Assembly (NCBI GenBank): GCA_028534125.1
Contig: CM052816.1
Location: forward strand, 10,914,001-10,978,000
Origin: Lama glama
Lineage: Eukaryota
Length of the DNA stretch: 64,000 bases
Direction: 5' to 3'
A program made the translations under genes and the position numbers. The notes beneath the pieces were generated by a model. It was not told where the DNA came from, did not search any database, and saw only the letters and a list, made by a program, of their open reading frames with translations. Shown in pieces: positions 24,101-37,803 of this stretch. Positions within the stretch are counted from its first letter, which is position 1, and each line of letters opens with the position of its first letter.

Positions 24101-26435
24101 AATAACTAAACCGCGGACCCCTACGCCCAGAACACATGGAATCACACACCTGCACATGTGTGCTTTGCTCCTTCCCCTCTGAGCTTCGGCACTTGCTGGC
24201 CCTCCCCTCCCTACCCTCCTCTTCTGTCTGATGGATTCCTATAAACCCTTCCCTGCCCTGCTGGTTTAGTCGTCCCCGCCTTTTGCGGACTCCTCCATTA
24301 CGGCCCAGACCACCTGCACTGAGATGTGCATGCCCGGCTTGTCTCTGCCACACACCAGACTGCTCTTCTGGTCCCAGCATACAGAGTGGCCAAGCAGTGC
24401 CAGGCATGAGCATGCACTGTGTGACTTGCTGCAAGTCACTTAACCTTTCCGGCCTCTGTTTGCTCATCTGGACAGCAGAGATCATAATATCCACCAAGCT
24501 AAGTCATAGGATACTGACAAGGACTCCCTGATGAATCCCTTAAGTGTTTAAAGCATTCTAAGCCATCGGCTGAGTAAGAGGGTATGAGTGGAGGGTGTGC
24601 TGCTTGAGGTGGGGTGGGCACGGGAGGCCTCTCAGGCGATGATTGTTGAACAGAGACCTGAGTGATGTGAGGGAGGGGCCCGGGGGCTCCCTGGGCACCT
24701 TGCATCCCGCTGATATTACAGCTGGGATAGATCTCTGTGAGCCTCACAGCAGGTGAGACTCCAAGGCTGCTCTCTTGGGCCCTGGGACGTTATTGATCCT
24801 GGTTGTCTTGCCAGCCGGCCAGGGTGCTCATCCTTTGGAATCAGGCTCAGGGTGATGAGCTGACACTGAATCCAGATCGGGGAGACCAATGAGGCACCTG
24901 AGGGAGGGGCAGGACTGAATTGCTGCAGTGGAACCACCTGCCCCCTCCGGGCCCCGTTCTCATTCACAAGCGCAAGGCAGCACCAGCATTGTCTCAGGGA
25001 TGATTCTAGCCCACAGCCACTGCCAGGGTGGCTCAGAAAAGAGTTGAGCTCCCGGGTAAAGGTCCTGGCTTGCTCCTGGATTTTGTCTGGTCTTTGGAGA
25101 CTGGCTCCAGCACCTGGTGGCGTGGCAGAGGGAGCTCTGATGAGCAGCAGAAACCTGGGCTGGGTTGTCAGCCCCTCCTGGGTGACTATGGACGTGGCAC
25201 ATCATCTCTCAGGGTCCTGATTTCCAAACATGCAGATGTCTGGGACTGCCTGGGCCAATTGGTCTCAAACTTTCTTTATCCACAGAAGTATTTATTTAAG
25301 CCAGATAGGATTGAGAATCCAAACAGATGACCAAGGATGAGGAAGAGGGTAAGGCCTAGATACCTCGGCCTCCCACTCTGCCCCATAGCACACATCCACA
25401 CACCACGGCCTTGAGAGAGGCTCTAAGGGCCCTTCCAGGAGTCACTGTTCCATGGTTCAGTGTCACATCCATATGGCACTGAGTCCTTCCAGAATGTTAG
25501 GCTGAACCCTGTGAAATTACTTAGACGTGACCATTTTTGACTTGCATAAGTGGCATTTTCATATTGCAACATCAGAGTTGCGTTTGCAGCAGTGGCTAAG
25601 TGTGTTCCCCCAGGGACCAAAGGGCCCACTTTCAGGCCCTTGACTTCCTCTCTGTAGGACATTGGCCAGGACACTGCATCTCCCTGCACCTCCCCCGTAA
25701 AAAGGGCAAACTGAGGAATCTTCCTTGTGAGGTTGGCTGCTGAGAGGGCTGAAGGGCACAGGTGCTCTGACACCGTGCCTCATCCTACAGGAAACCCTCC
25801 AGGTTCTGACAGAGAAAGCGCTCAGGGTGGCCGGTGAGCTGACCTCGGGGAACAGTGTCCCACTCTTCTCCCTCCCTGGCCCTAAAAAGAGTATGTGGCC
25901 GGAGCAGATGGAAAACACAATCCCAGCAGGGCATCCTAACCAGTCTCCTATCTGGCTTGAACTGCCTTAGTTCCTTGTCCCTTCTTGTGAGGGATGTCCC
26001 TGGGCAGTGGACAGCCTGGACCTGGACACAGGAATGGTGCTGGAGTACCATGAGTGACATTTATCCCCTGCCTTCTCTGGGCAAAGCATAAGCACCCCCC
26101 CCAGATACCTGCATGGCGCTTCCCCATTAAGTGGTACATCGTGGGATATGTCAGCCTGAATTAGCAGGCAGGCCCGTCACGTTAAGCTGAAGCTCTGCAC
26201 CGGCAGGTCCCACTTTGTAATGCCTCTTGATCTTAGCTGTCATGCCCCCTTCCCTGTCACCACAGCCACGGGAAGCCTCTGCAGACAGCGCCTGGTAATG
26301 AAGGAGGCCCAGGGAAGAGTTTAGGAGGAGCCACAGGAGGTCGTCACAGAGTGCGTGTCTCCCGTGGCCCTGGGGAGCCTGCTTTGAGCTCCGCTGCCTC
26401 TGTGGGCAGAGGGAGCAGCCGGCGCTCCCTTAGGG

Positions 26436-26560
26436 GTGGAGGGTGGGTATGGCTCAGTAGTAGAACGCATATTTAGCACTCACAAGGTCCAGGGTTCAAT
26501 CCCCAGGATTTCCATTTAAAAAAATAAAATGAAAAAAAATTTTAATCGAAATTTTTAAAA
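26436..26560 (+). mobile_element. Camelid tRNA-Ala-derived SINE (more diverged)
   Basis: gggtatggctcagtagtagaacgcatatttagcactcacaaggtccagggttcaatccccagg plus A-rich tail. Confidence 0.85.
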
Positions 26561-26739
26561 CTTCCTGGGGAAAAAATAAACTCCAGGTGGGGAACTTCTA
26601 GATGACAAACTGCAAGAGCTTGGAGTGTATCTCTGCAAGCACATGGAAGAGGTGCCCCACTCAAAAGCCGTGAACACATGTAACACCAAATTGAGATTTC
26701 AGAGAGCATTTATCACTTCCTACCACGTATGATACTCAA

Positions 26740-26960
26740 GTGTGGTGGGGTACAGTGGGAAAGCACCAGCCTTGCAGTCAGGTAAACTCTGGGATCAGAT
26801 TCTAGCTATGGCTCCTATAGCTGTGCCACCCTGGGCCGGTGACGTAGCTTCTCTGAGCCTGAGTTTTCTCTTTGTAATAGCACTTTGTATTACTAGTATC
26901 TATTTCATAGAGTTGTTGAAAGAATTACCTGAGATGGTGTATGAAGGGTAAATGCCCAAT
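26740..26960 (+). mobile_element. MIR SINE
   Basis: ctgtgccaccctgggcc...cttctctgagcctgagttttctctttgtaa. Confidence 0.7.
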
Positions 26961-29208
26961 ACATACTTGTGGGAGAGTCCTAAGGATAAAGTCACTTTTA
27001 AAATCCATTACAAACTTAACTCAGATGCACCCTGGATGTTCAATACTGCATCACTTTCCTTTTCAAAGTTCTACTTCATTCATCCTCCAACTTGTTCTCC
27101 ACTGCAAATCAGGAATGATCTAATCAAAATTTTGGACCTAATCATATCAAAATCATTAGAAATCTTTTGATTTCTTCCAATTTCTCTTAAGGTGATGGCA
27201 AAAGTCTTTCTTGGGGCCTGCCTCTTACTACCCTGTACTTCACCTCTCACCAAGATTCCCATCACTCTCTGTCTTGACTATGCTGACCATTCAATCTTTC
27301 ATTCTTTCCTTACTCACACCTACCACAGGACCTCTGCATGTGCTCTTTCTGCCAACTGGAATATTCTTCCTTTCCCTCCTGGCCTTGTAAACTTCGTACT
27401 TTGAGTCATATAATTCATACATCCTCAGCAAAACCTCTCCAGACCTCTCTGACCATTTAAAACTCCCCCTTTGCACTATTTCTTCTTTTGGGTACTTACT
27501 GCATTTTATTATGAGATGAGTTTGTATATACCACTATGATCTGGACCAGCCATATGAAGGCAAGACCTGGATCTGGTTTTGCTTACTAGTTGAGCCCCCC
27601 AGGAGCTTGTTCAGAACTCAAGCAAATGTTGCTAAAAGGGTGAGTGGAAGGCTGAACTGGAGGGCACGTCATCTCAACAGACCCCGTGAACCTTCATGAT
27701 AATTAGGACACAGTGAATACTTCACATAGTATAACCAGAGCCCAGGACGGGCAAGATAATGGCCCGTGGTCACACAACCTGTCAATGAGAGGTGAATCTA
27801 TGATCAGAACCCAGTCCTCCCAGTTCTTGCCACCCCTGGGCTTATGCTCTAGAACCATTGTCCAGAACCGGGTGGAGGGCTCACAAAGACTTGCCCTCCC
27901 CTCCCGTTCCTGGTTTTCAGGGGACCCCTGGCTCTTCCTGCAGCCACATCTCAAGCCACCTCTGGTTTCCAGCACCACATCTGCACAGGATTCTGTGATT
28001 CTTCTGAATTGTTCATTTGATTTTAAAACTCTCTCAAAATCCTTCAAGACCGAGCTGGGAGAATTCTGATGTGTAAAAGGTTATATTGTTGAGGTGACTG
28101 TACTTCCCACAGTTTAAACTTGGTTTTCATCTTCTTCCCCTTATCCCCTGGATTGAAACAAGTCCACAAGTTGAAATCTTAGTTGACCACCTGGTATCAG
28201 ATCAGTCAGGGCTCGGTCGCAAGAGATGACTTCCTTGAAAAGAAAATAGCTTTTGGTCCTTTGATTTTCTTGTTTCTATTAAAGGACCACACCTGCGTTT
28301 TGTGTTTGTTTGGTTTGGTTTTCACCTGTCCCCTTTCAGGCATTAGTGTTCTCACTACTTCCTCCAGAGCCAGTTTGCCCAGATGGAGTCAGAAGTGCCC
28401 TTGAATCAAAGAGAGAGTCAGAACAGTGATGGGTCCTTGTTCATATTTGCCAGGAAGAGCTTCTTGTATGGAAACTATTTATCTGCCTGATTCTCTGACC
28501 TGTGGGGAAGAAAACATTTACTCACATATCGTTACTTGCTCCTTAAACACGTACTTATTGAGTATCCTTTGTGTACCAGTAAGATGACCATGTAACTTAT
28601 TGTCCCAGCAAGGATCATCAATGTGAAGGTGGTACACCAACACAACAGGTTAAACAAGACTCCCAGGTTAAACAGGATGTCAAGGGATGACCTATATACT
28701 AATGGCTGACTTGGGGCTACTAGAATCTTGGGCAATTATATGCTTTTCCAAAATTCCCTTAAGGATCGAGGACAAAGCCAGAATGGGGTCTAGACCATCA
28801 AAGCCATGAGGGATAAATTTAAATCTCAGTTGAAATAGACTTTTCTAAAATTTTCTCACAACTTCCTTTTAAAAACATGTTTCAAACAATCTGGAGCAAC
28901 AAGTCTGATAGCTGATGACCCCAGGGTGGGTTCTAAGTTCCCCTGAGATGAGTCCACCTGGAGGGTCCTGGAAAAAAGCTTAGAATGTAAAGGATGAAAT
29001 TGCCCATCAGAGCTGAGTGATGGTGACTTTTTTTTACGGAAGGAGGAAAACTAAAAGGAACCAAAGGAAATAGGAACCATGTGATTTATCAGTCACTTTC
29101 TCTACCTTGCAGCTCTTTTGTGTATCATAATAAGGGACATAAACATGCAAGCTCTTTTCCTAGTGAAGAGCTTTTGTCCTGAAGTGATTTGTTTCTCTTG
29201 TATCCCAG

Positions 29209-29386
29209 GTGCCTGTCCTGAGACCCATGGACCTGATGGTGGAGGCCACCCCGCGAAGAGTATTTGCCAACGCACATACATATCACATCAACTCCATATC
29301 AGTCAACAGCGACTATGAAACCTACATGTCAGCTGATGACCTGAGGATTAACCTATGGAATTTTGAAATAACCAATCAAAGTTTTA
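29209..29386 (+). CDS. PPP2R2B: Internal coding exon (178 nt, phase 0 to 1) of PP2A 55-kDa regulatory subunit B beta (WD40 propeller)
   Basis: Translates as [59 protein letters not shown](N). This is the B55 family signature with beta-type residues ([23 protein letters not shown]). Acceptor tttgtttctcttgtatcccAG ends at 29208; donor GTATCCTTT starts at 29387. Confidence 0.97.
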
Positions 29387-30269
29387 GTATCCTTTCCTTG
29401 GGGCCAATAAGCAGTTGGCTTGAATCAAGAGTATTCAGGTATGAGCACGCTTGAGGGGAAGTGGAATAGGGAGGGGCAAATCATGACTGAAGACCTAGCA
29501 CTTGTGGAGAGCTGTTCTCTTTGAAATTACACTGGCATCTGTGACACCCTTTCATCCAGACAAAGTTAGGGAAGCACTGAATTACAAATAGTAGGCCAGG
29601 ACTGCCTCTGATTTGGACCTCTGAATCAGTTCCTTCACACAGAGGCATTTGTGTGGTGTGAATTAGAACTAGACTTGACTTCATCAGTTGTAAGACCAGA
29701 CCCTAGAGTTCAGCTTAGGGTTCCTTCCTCTTGTTAATGGATTCACAATTGGCCTGTATGGACAGTTACAGACCACAGGTACACAAGAGATGGTTTTCAT
29801 CGTATCATAGTAATGAGAATAATCATAGCTGTCATTTATTGAATGCCAGGCACTGCCCTGGGAACTGCACACATAGAATCTCATTTTGAAAAGGGCACAT
29901 AATTGTCCAGCTTGATGAATTTGCACAGACAGGCCACTCCTGTGGAACTAGCATCCAGATTGGAAAACCAGACTTTATTAGCAGTGCCTACATCCCCATC
30001 ACACTTCTCCCAGTCTGTACCTGCCAAGACTGCATCTGACATAACAACCTCATGATGTTAGTATTATTATCTTCTGTTAGGTAAAATGTAGAGAAGTCAA
30101 AATACTGCTGAATGAGTGTCTGAGCCAGCATTCTCACCCTACTGTGTGGACCCTTCACTGAATATTAAAAATTGATCATTTATTCAGCACCTACCACGTG
30201 GTCCATCCCACCCCAAACCTGACCGGTTAATGGTTTCACTACCCAGGCAGCTGAGCAACTGCTGGAAAC

Positions 30270-31060
30270 AATATTGATCTTCCCTCTCATTCACCAGCCT
30301 CCCCACCCCCTACTCCATCCATCTGTGAGCCCAGCCTTGGCTTCCTCTAAAATATATATCATATCAACTCATTTCTCTCCAACTCCACTCCTGCCAACCC
30401 TTGCTGGAATAGGCCACTCTTCTCTCACCTGTGTGACTGCAGTACATCCTGTCTGGTCTCCATTCTCTCTTGTTCTCCTACATGACACACGTTCCACATA
30501 ACAGAGTGGACCTTCCAACATGTAATTCAGATATCATTCCTCCCTGCACTAAAACACTCCAGTCTCTTCCCATTGGACTTAGAATAAAATCCAAGTTCTT
30601 GACCTTGGACTATGAGATTCTACGATTGTAGCCCTGCCTCCCTCTTTGATATCCTATCACACTGCTCTCCCCTAATTCACTCTGCTTCAACCAACTAACC
30701 TCTTTTCTGTACCTGGATAAACCTTGTTCATACTTCCATTCTTCGCATTTGCCCTTCCCTGTTTCTGGAACACTCTCTCCCTGCAGCACACATGGCTAAC
30801 CAGCTGTCGGCATGTAGACTTCTGTCTCATGTCTCCTCAGAGGCACTTCCTCCCTTAACTCTCAAGTAGCTCCCATTAACCCTCTATCCTTGTTAGCTTC
30901 ATAGCACTTATCACTATTTGAAATTGTTTTTTGTATTTGTATTTTTTGGGTTTCGCCATATTAGAATGTAAATTTTGTGAGCAAAGGAACTTTGTGTGAT
31001 CCATTCCTGTATCCTGGTACCGAGAATATTCTGACACACAGAAAGTACCATTTTGGTTGG
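30270..31060 (+). mobile_element. L2 fragment
   Basis: cttcccattggacttagaataaaatccaag...ttagaatgtaaattttgtgagcaaaggaactttgt. Confidence 0.75.
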
Positions 31061-31159
31061 ACAGATCAAGTTTGAAATACTGGTAGGTCATCAAAGTAGA
31101 GCTATCCAGTAGATAATTGATCATGAAATCTAACCTGGGAGTTTCACCTTAAGAGTATA

Positions 31160-31560
31160 TTAGTCATGGTGAAGCTCTGAATGTTCTGATGTAAAATAGA
31201 CTCTACAATGGCTCAAACACATAAAAGATTATTTCTCTTCTAAAGTCCAATATTGATGGTCTCCCATCAGCAGGCAGCCTCCTCCAATCAGGGATTCAGA
31301 GATTCAAGCCCTTTCCATCTTGTGGCTCCCCATTGTCACCATGCTTATCTGCGTCAGTCCAGCAAAACAGGATGATTGCATAGGACCACACATGGGAGAC
31401 CCTTATGAGCCAGGGTCTAAAGCAGTAAGCATTCCATTGGCTAGAGCTCAGTCACATGACCTCCTCTAACCACAAGGCAGGCTGGGAAATGTAGCATAGC
31501 TGTTGGACATAAGTAAAAAGCCCTGGTTCGCATACATAGTCAGCTAGTCTCCACCACAGA
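31160..31560 (-). mobile_element. Old MLT1 (J/K-like) LTR
   Basis: cattccattggctagagctcagtcacatgacc...ggctgggaaatgtag. Confidence 0.6.
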
Positions 31561-32361
31561 AGAGTGCTCAGTAGTTCCCCGAGGCTTTTCAGGGAAGGCA
31601 GCTGTAAGTTGGTAGTGGTGATTATGGAAACACTGAGCACTGACCACTAAGACCATGACTGGTATCTTGTGTTGATCACAGAGCAGACTCAACATACTGT
31701 CTGAGCCCAGGAGAATTTGCCTACAGATTCTGCCTGGAAGTGTAGCTGCTAATAGAACGAATGTGGGTGGTGGTTCCCTTTCTCCCTTGACATCTATTCC
31801 AAGAGCCAGAAATCTGCTCAGGCTCAGCTGCTGTCACTCTGAGCTTCTGCTGTCCCCAGCCTAGGTGACATGTTTTCTGAATTTTGCCTCTAGGCTTTCA
31901 AGGGGGAGGGAAGTTTCTTTAGGCACGTTAGGAGACAGATGCCTTGGGGAGAATGCAAAGGGGAAATATTAATAGCACAATTTAGGTTATATTCTGCAGA
32001 TGTGTGACAGCCTGCCAGATGCTGGAATACAAATGAGACCGTGCCATTCACCCTTAAAGCAGCCATATGTAAAATAATCATTGCCATCATGAGAATGATG
32101 ATAACTGATATCTACATAGCTGTTTTCAACCAGAGCGCCCTAAGCACTGAGCAGAATGTAGAAACTGCGACCCTTTTGTGTATCATCTCTGAAATGCAGC
32201 CACCTCTGGGGTAGGAAGCGGCCTTCCTTCAAAACAAACTCAGAAAACGCCAACCTTCACATTGGTCCTATTAAATCATATGGTGTTTATTTAGCACCAT
32301 TCCTATAATGCCCTTACCCACTAAGGAGACAGAAGAAATGTGGTTTAAGATAGAGAAATGT

Positions 32362-32642
32362 GGGGTTCCCGAAGTGTGGTATGAGTACCACTGAGGTGGT
32401 AGGCAAGGTGCTTCTAAATGCTACATGGGCTTTGTTTTCATAATTATGTCCATGATAATGAGTATTACAAAATACAACTATCATCTCAATCCTATGATTT
32501 CACAGATACCGAAAAATCCACTTAAATTACAATATGTGGATATGGAAAGAAAAGTACTAGTAAATATTAAGACAAGTGGTCTTGCAATATGGCTTTTTAA
32601 AAAGTCATTAACTTCCAGTGACTAGCATTTGGTGTGACATTG
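32362..32642. mobile_element. MER113-like hAT element (related copies at about 10950-11105 and 40476-40750)
   Basis: ttcccgaagtgtggtatgagtaccactg start; the other two copies share aaaatattaagt, and this copy has taaatattaag. Confidence 0.55.
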
Positions 32643-34599
32643 GCATTATGGTTGAGAACACAGTCTTTGGAGTCCAACAAACATTAAATTCTCACCCTGC
32701 TCTACTACTTGTTGGCTGTGTGAGCTTTAACATGATTTTTTAACTTAGCCAAGTCTCTACTGTATGATCTGTAGAGAGCAGCTGTGTCAAAGAGGATTGT
32801 TAGAATTTTTAAAGGTCTTTATACACACACATATACACATACACATGCATATATTTGTGTGTATATGTGCATATATGTATACGTACATGCATACACATAC
32901 ATATATGCTTAGGGCAGCACCTTGCTAAATAAACGATCAATAAACAGGGGCAAACATAATCAGAAGTATTATTGAAAGGAAAAGGAAACTAGAAAAGTTG
33001 AATGTTAGACAGGTGGATTCTAGTCTGCTGAATTCATCATCTGGGTAGTCCTCTCAGTTCTGGACTCCTCCTCTGGTTCTGCAGTCTGGTGTTCTCTGCA
33101 GGATGTTTCTCATTATACCTTAGTTACCCTACTCACATGGCATCTCTGAGGGCCAGGCCTTGTGTTTAGCACCGTAACAGAGGGAGGCATTCCTAGCCTC
33201 ATGGCACTTGGTCTTAAATCCTCTTCCTTCCATCTGTAGCCAGTCTGTCTCTGTTTAGTGTAACAGGTTCTGGCTTAAAGTGATCAGGCTTTGCCCTTAA
33301 TGGGTTAACTACATTAGAACAATAATAACTCACTGCTATATTAGTGACTTTCTAGGACAAGAGGCAGCCCTAACTTTTCAATAAGAAGAAAATTGCTATA
33401 AAAGGATGTCTCTTATTTCTGAAAACTATGGTATACCTAGGATCCTTTGAACTCTGTTCGCAGGACTGAGAATGAGTTGACCTAGGCTCTTAGCTAGTCC
33501 ATTAGGGGACCTATTAAATACATCCATATCAAGTAAAAGTAAAGTTACAGCTCTCAGCAACTGTATACGGAGCACCTAGTTTGTGCCAGGTACTGCACTA
33601 AGCCATGGGGATACAAGAGTGGGAAGAAACAATTTTTTTGCTTTCAGAATGATATTCATCAAATAATCACACTCATGGGTATCTAATTACAAAGTGCAAA
33701 AAGTCCTGTGAAAGCATTTTTTTAAAACCTGATAGGAATAAAAGAAGGCTTTACTGAAGAACTGATTATTGAGTTGGGATTTGTAAGAGAAAGAGTATGA
33801 GCTAACTTGGCAAAGAGGTGTGGAGAGATTGGGCCATCATGTACAAAGGTCCTGTGGCAGAAGGGAGCATGTTGGAAGAAACTCAAGAAGGCCCTGAGAG
33901 TGAAGTAGTGCCTGGTGTAAGCAAGGCTGGCAAGATGAGCAAAAGACACACCTTGCATAAGTACAGTCTCTAGGCATAAGACAGAAGATTTCTCTGGGAG
34001 AGGCCTTCTAGATTCCAAGGGTACATCGTCTCTGACCTTGGTTTTAGCAGCCCTGTGCATCAGCCTCACTTCTCAACTGAAGAGGCCCTCTTGGAGTTGA
34101 TTTCCTGATCACGGGACCATATAGTTGCAACTCTTGGCTTCTAGCATCTGTCACTCCATAGTACCATGGACAGCAACCTTCCTTTTAATCCAATAGGATT
34201 CTGCCATGCAGACTCTGAGGGAAGCTGTGGAGCTAGTACAAATTCCTCTCCCCTGTTGCTGCTGTGACTTTCATCTACAACTGTACATATCAATCTCAGA
34301 CTGGCATTTAGTGTAAAAGGAGAGCATCCCTTCCAATGACACGTCCAGCACATTGGCCTGTGTGTGCCCGAGCAGCCCCCATCTTCCCATATTAAATGCA
34401 GCCTTGGCAGGTTGCCCCAGACCTGGTGCCTTGCTTGTGTGGATGCTGACCCTGTGTATCGGAGGCCAGACCCAGGGTTTTATGGGACTGGAGATTTCTC
34501 CTCCCACAGGGCAAGCCCTTGGAGGCTCGTGTTGTCAGGGGAAAGGGCAAGAGTACCACTCTGCAGGCTTCTTTTGGGCTTCATGAACTGCCTCAGAGC

Positions 34600-34860
34600 A
34601 GTACCACTTAGTAATTGGGAAGGCAGACTCTGGAGTCAGATTCACAGGGTTTGAGTCCAGCTTCATCTCCTAAAATCTGTCTGACCTTGACAAGTTGCTT
34701 AACATTTCTCTGCCACCAATTTCCTCATCAGTTAATGGGGATAGTAATGCCACCTTTCTTACAAGGTTGTTGTAAGGAGGTGATCATGTAAAGCACTTAG
34801 CACTTGGTGCCACTCAAATGACTGGCACCAAGAGAAGGCTCTATAAATAGTAGCTGTTGT
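34600..34860 (+). mobile_element. MIR SINE (near full length)
   Basis: cagactctggagtcaga...tgaccttgacaagttgcttaac...tttcctcatc...aaagcacttagcac. Confidence 0.85.
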
Positions 34861-35156
34861 TCTTTGCACATATCCCCAGCCCCCTGTTCTTACCTTGTTG
34901 CTTGGATCCCATTCTCTCCTAAGAAAACCACAGGCTAAATGATCCACACCGTACGAGCCCTGGCATCCTGGTCTGTGGATCTACTATGAGTTTCTGCATC
35001 TTAAAAAACCTTGCCTAAGGAAGGCTGCTGAGCCACAAGAATGAATTAAAGTAAAACCCGTAAATATTTATTGAGCACTTACTGTGTGCACTGGAGATGC
35101 CAAGATGAATAAAACTCCCTCCCTGATATCATGGCCCACATAATCTAGAGGGTGGA

Positions 35157-35240
35157 TGTATCAATCAGAGTTCAACTAGAGCGACAAAAGCAGCAGAAGA
35201 GTGTGTGTGTGTGTTTGCAGGGGGTGGTGGGACAGGAGGT

Positions 35241-35271
<31 letters not shown>

Positions 35272-35800
35272 TTGACTTGTTACAGTGAATTAGCCTTGCA
35301 GTTGTGTGCCTGGCCAAGCAAGTCCAAGTTCTGTAAGGCCAGTGGTGGGAACAGAAAAATAGCAAGCAAGCTAGAACACCACAGGCATAAGCATCACAGG
35401 CCATGTCCACACGTGGCCATCAAGAAGGAAGATTTAGAGAGAAGGGAGAGGAGTTGTAGTCTTAGCATCCATTTGGAGTCTCTTCCCCAAGGAAGACCTA
35501 AGCCTTCGTTTAAATGCCTTCTGACTGATTAATTCAGGACCGCCCAGTGCGATCTCCCCCTTTGATTAACTTAAGTCGACTATTAGTGCCTTTAACCGTG
35601 TCTGCAGAATCCCTTACAGCAGCACTTAGATTGCTGTTTCACTAAATAACTGGGAGAACTTGTGCATATGTGCAAAGTGGCTGCTTCCTCCCTTCTGGCC
35701 TCCAGCTTGCCTGAGAGAATATACTTTGTTAGCCTACCGCAACCAGAAGCATTTTAGAAATGTTTAGCCTAACCAAGTCAGCATATCACAAAGCTACCAA
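35157..35800 (-). mobile_element. ERVL MLT2-type LTR with internal (TG)n/(GA)n
   Basis: tgtatcaatcagagttcaactaga start, (GA)n then gattg...gaattagccttgcagttgtg, ending cctaaccaagtcagcatatca. Confidence 0.65.
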
Positions 35801-37469
35801 ATGAGTATGTGGACAGAGGGAGGCAGACATGTAACCGTACTGGGGTGGATGAGACTAACAGCCTTTTGAGCCTGTGTGAAGTAGCAGGTATGTTATGTGC
35901 ACATCATCTTCTGTAGTTTTCTTCCTCTCTTTGTTGGTAAGTTAGCAAGTTCAAAGGCATTTGAGATCATGTAACTTGTCGCAGGATTTGGGATTAAAAT
36001 CTAGGTCTATCTCACTCTGTATTCCAGTAAAATGTAATCTATCATGCTGTCTTAAATTACTCAGATAATAATAATATGGGTTAGGTGTTCTTACAGAGGT
36101 GCATTCAAGGTGCTGTGGAGAGGCAGGTGGGAAGGATCATGAAAGAAGGGCTAGAACACTTCGTAAAGAAAACAACACTCGTGTTGGCCTTTGAAGGAAG
36201 TACTGGGTTTTGGGGATGTTTTTCTAAAATTTCAAGCTCTGTGTCACATGAATAGGAAAGAGGCTGTTGTTACAGGACTTTCTCACATACACACACCCCG
36301 TAATCATAAAGGACATCTTATTCCAGCGTCTTTTGCAGCTCACACACTTAAAGGCAGTTACCAGTAGGCACCCTGTGTCTCTGTCAGTCCTCTCATATTG
36401 AGCCTAGCAATTGGCAAAAACCTCTGTGAATATTTGCACATTGGCTTTTTTTAAGCTCTGAAGAGAGGACTATTCCTCGGAGTCCTCTTTGGAGATTTCC
36501 AGTGTGTTATCATCAGGCAACATGTCCGTTCAGCTCACAAGATCTGGATGCTTTGTAATCATTGCTTTATATCCAAAGATTAAATTCAGACTTTGGAAAT
36601 AAGGACTTCAAAGAAACTCATGGTCCCTAAAATGGAATCCAAGTCTAATATGCTCAGTTTTCAAGACCTTGGTAAGGCTGTTCTCCACTCAGTAGACTGG
36701 CAGACTTAAAGTGCTATCTTAAAATCTTCAGCTGCTTTTGAACATGGGTACCTTGCCCAGGTAAAGTTAGATTCCACTCTCCAGCTTGGCCTGTGGTGGG
36801 GCTCTCCTGTAATTGGTTGGCTTAGAAGGAAAGTTGGGGGAAAACTTGTCAGTATCTGCAAAATCAGCAGTGATAACAGAAACATATGAGGATAGTCACC
36901 CTCAAAAGCCCACAAAACTAATGCATGTGAAAGCTGTCTTTTGGAGAAATCCGTGTTTTCTTTGAAATTTGGGATTATTGAGTCTACTGTAAAGTAACCT
37001 TCTTTCCATTGTCTTATTTGATCATCAGAATTCTCAGAGGCTAACAGAATTAATAGGATAATACCCATTCTAAGGCAAAGAAACTGAAACTCAGAGAGAG
37101 AGAGAATGACCTTCCCATGTTCTCTGAGCAAAATGGAATTGGATTCAAAGCTGAATTCCAATCTTTTGACTGTATATTGTTAAATCACAATATTTATCAC
37201 AATATTATCCTCAACTTTACCCAAAGATGAGGCTCCTGGCCTCTCAGCTCTTTCATAGATGGTTCTAAGCCAAGGAAATGACTTTTTTAACTGTTTGTTT
37301 TCTTGATCTAATAAGACATATTCATTGTAGAGATTATAAAATGACCTATAATCTCACTATGTAATTTTGGGGTACATGCAGTGAATTTACATCACAATTT
37401 TAACTTAATGTGAGCTGACTCAACAGTAAGGGCTCAGAAAAATAAATAAGGAAATAAAAGGGAAAAAAA

Positions 37470-37803
37470 TTTAATTCTTGATTTATCCAGGAAGCCTTCT
37501 CCTGTTCAATCCAAGAGTCACACACACACACCCCTCCCCACTCACACATAACGCACTTGTCTCCCTTCCCTGCTTTATTTTTCTGCATAACAGTGTTACT
37601 ATCCAGTATACATAAATTTGTTATCGATATTTAAAACCATTTACATATCTTGTTTACTGACCAAGTCCCCTACGAGAATAGAGGCTCCACATGTCAGGGG
37701 AATTTTTGGTCTGCTTTGGTCACTGCTATACCCCTTGTACCTAGAAGAGTCCTGGCAGATTGTGAATGTTTATGAAATACATGAAAGGACACATGAATGA
37801 ATG
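37470..37803 (+). mobile_element. L2 3' end
   Basis: ggtcactgctataccccttgtacctagaagagtcctggca...atgaatgaatg. Confidence 0.75.

Noticed and set aside
23895..24497. Longest ORF in the track (200 aa, minus strand)
   Set aside because: It overlaps MIR and L2 remnants and has no recognisable domain; most likely a chance ORF in GC-rich sequence.
28562..28570. Second perfect U12 donor GTATCCTTT (similar 8-mers at 8902 and 48078)
   Set aside because: It lies in an L2-tail-like remnant with no associated exon or U12 branch site. An 8-9-mer match is plausible by chance in 64 kb.
29387..29454. C-terminal part ([22 protein letters not shown]) of ORF 29209-29454 as real protein
   Set aside because: It is read-through into the intron. 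B55 homology stops at ...TNQSF and resumes at 42159.
32820..32906. Self-complementary TA/CA/TG-rich stretch
   Set aside because: A degenerate microsatellite inside a MIR; the pairing is a low-complexity artefact.
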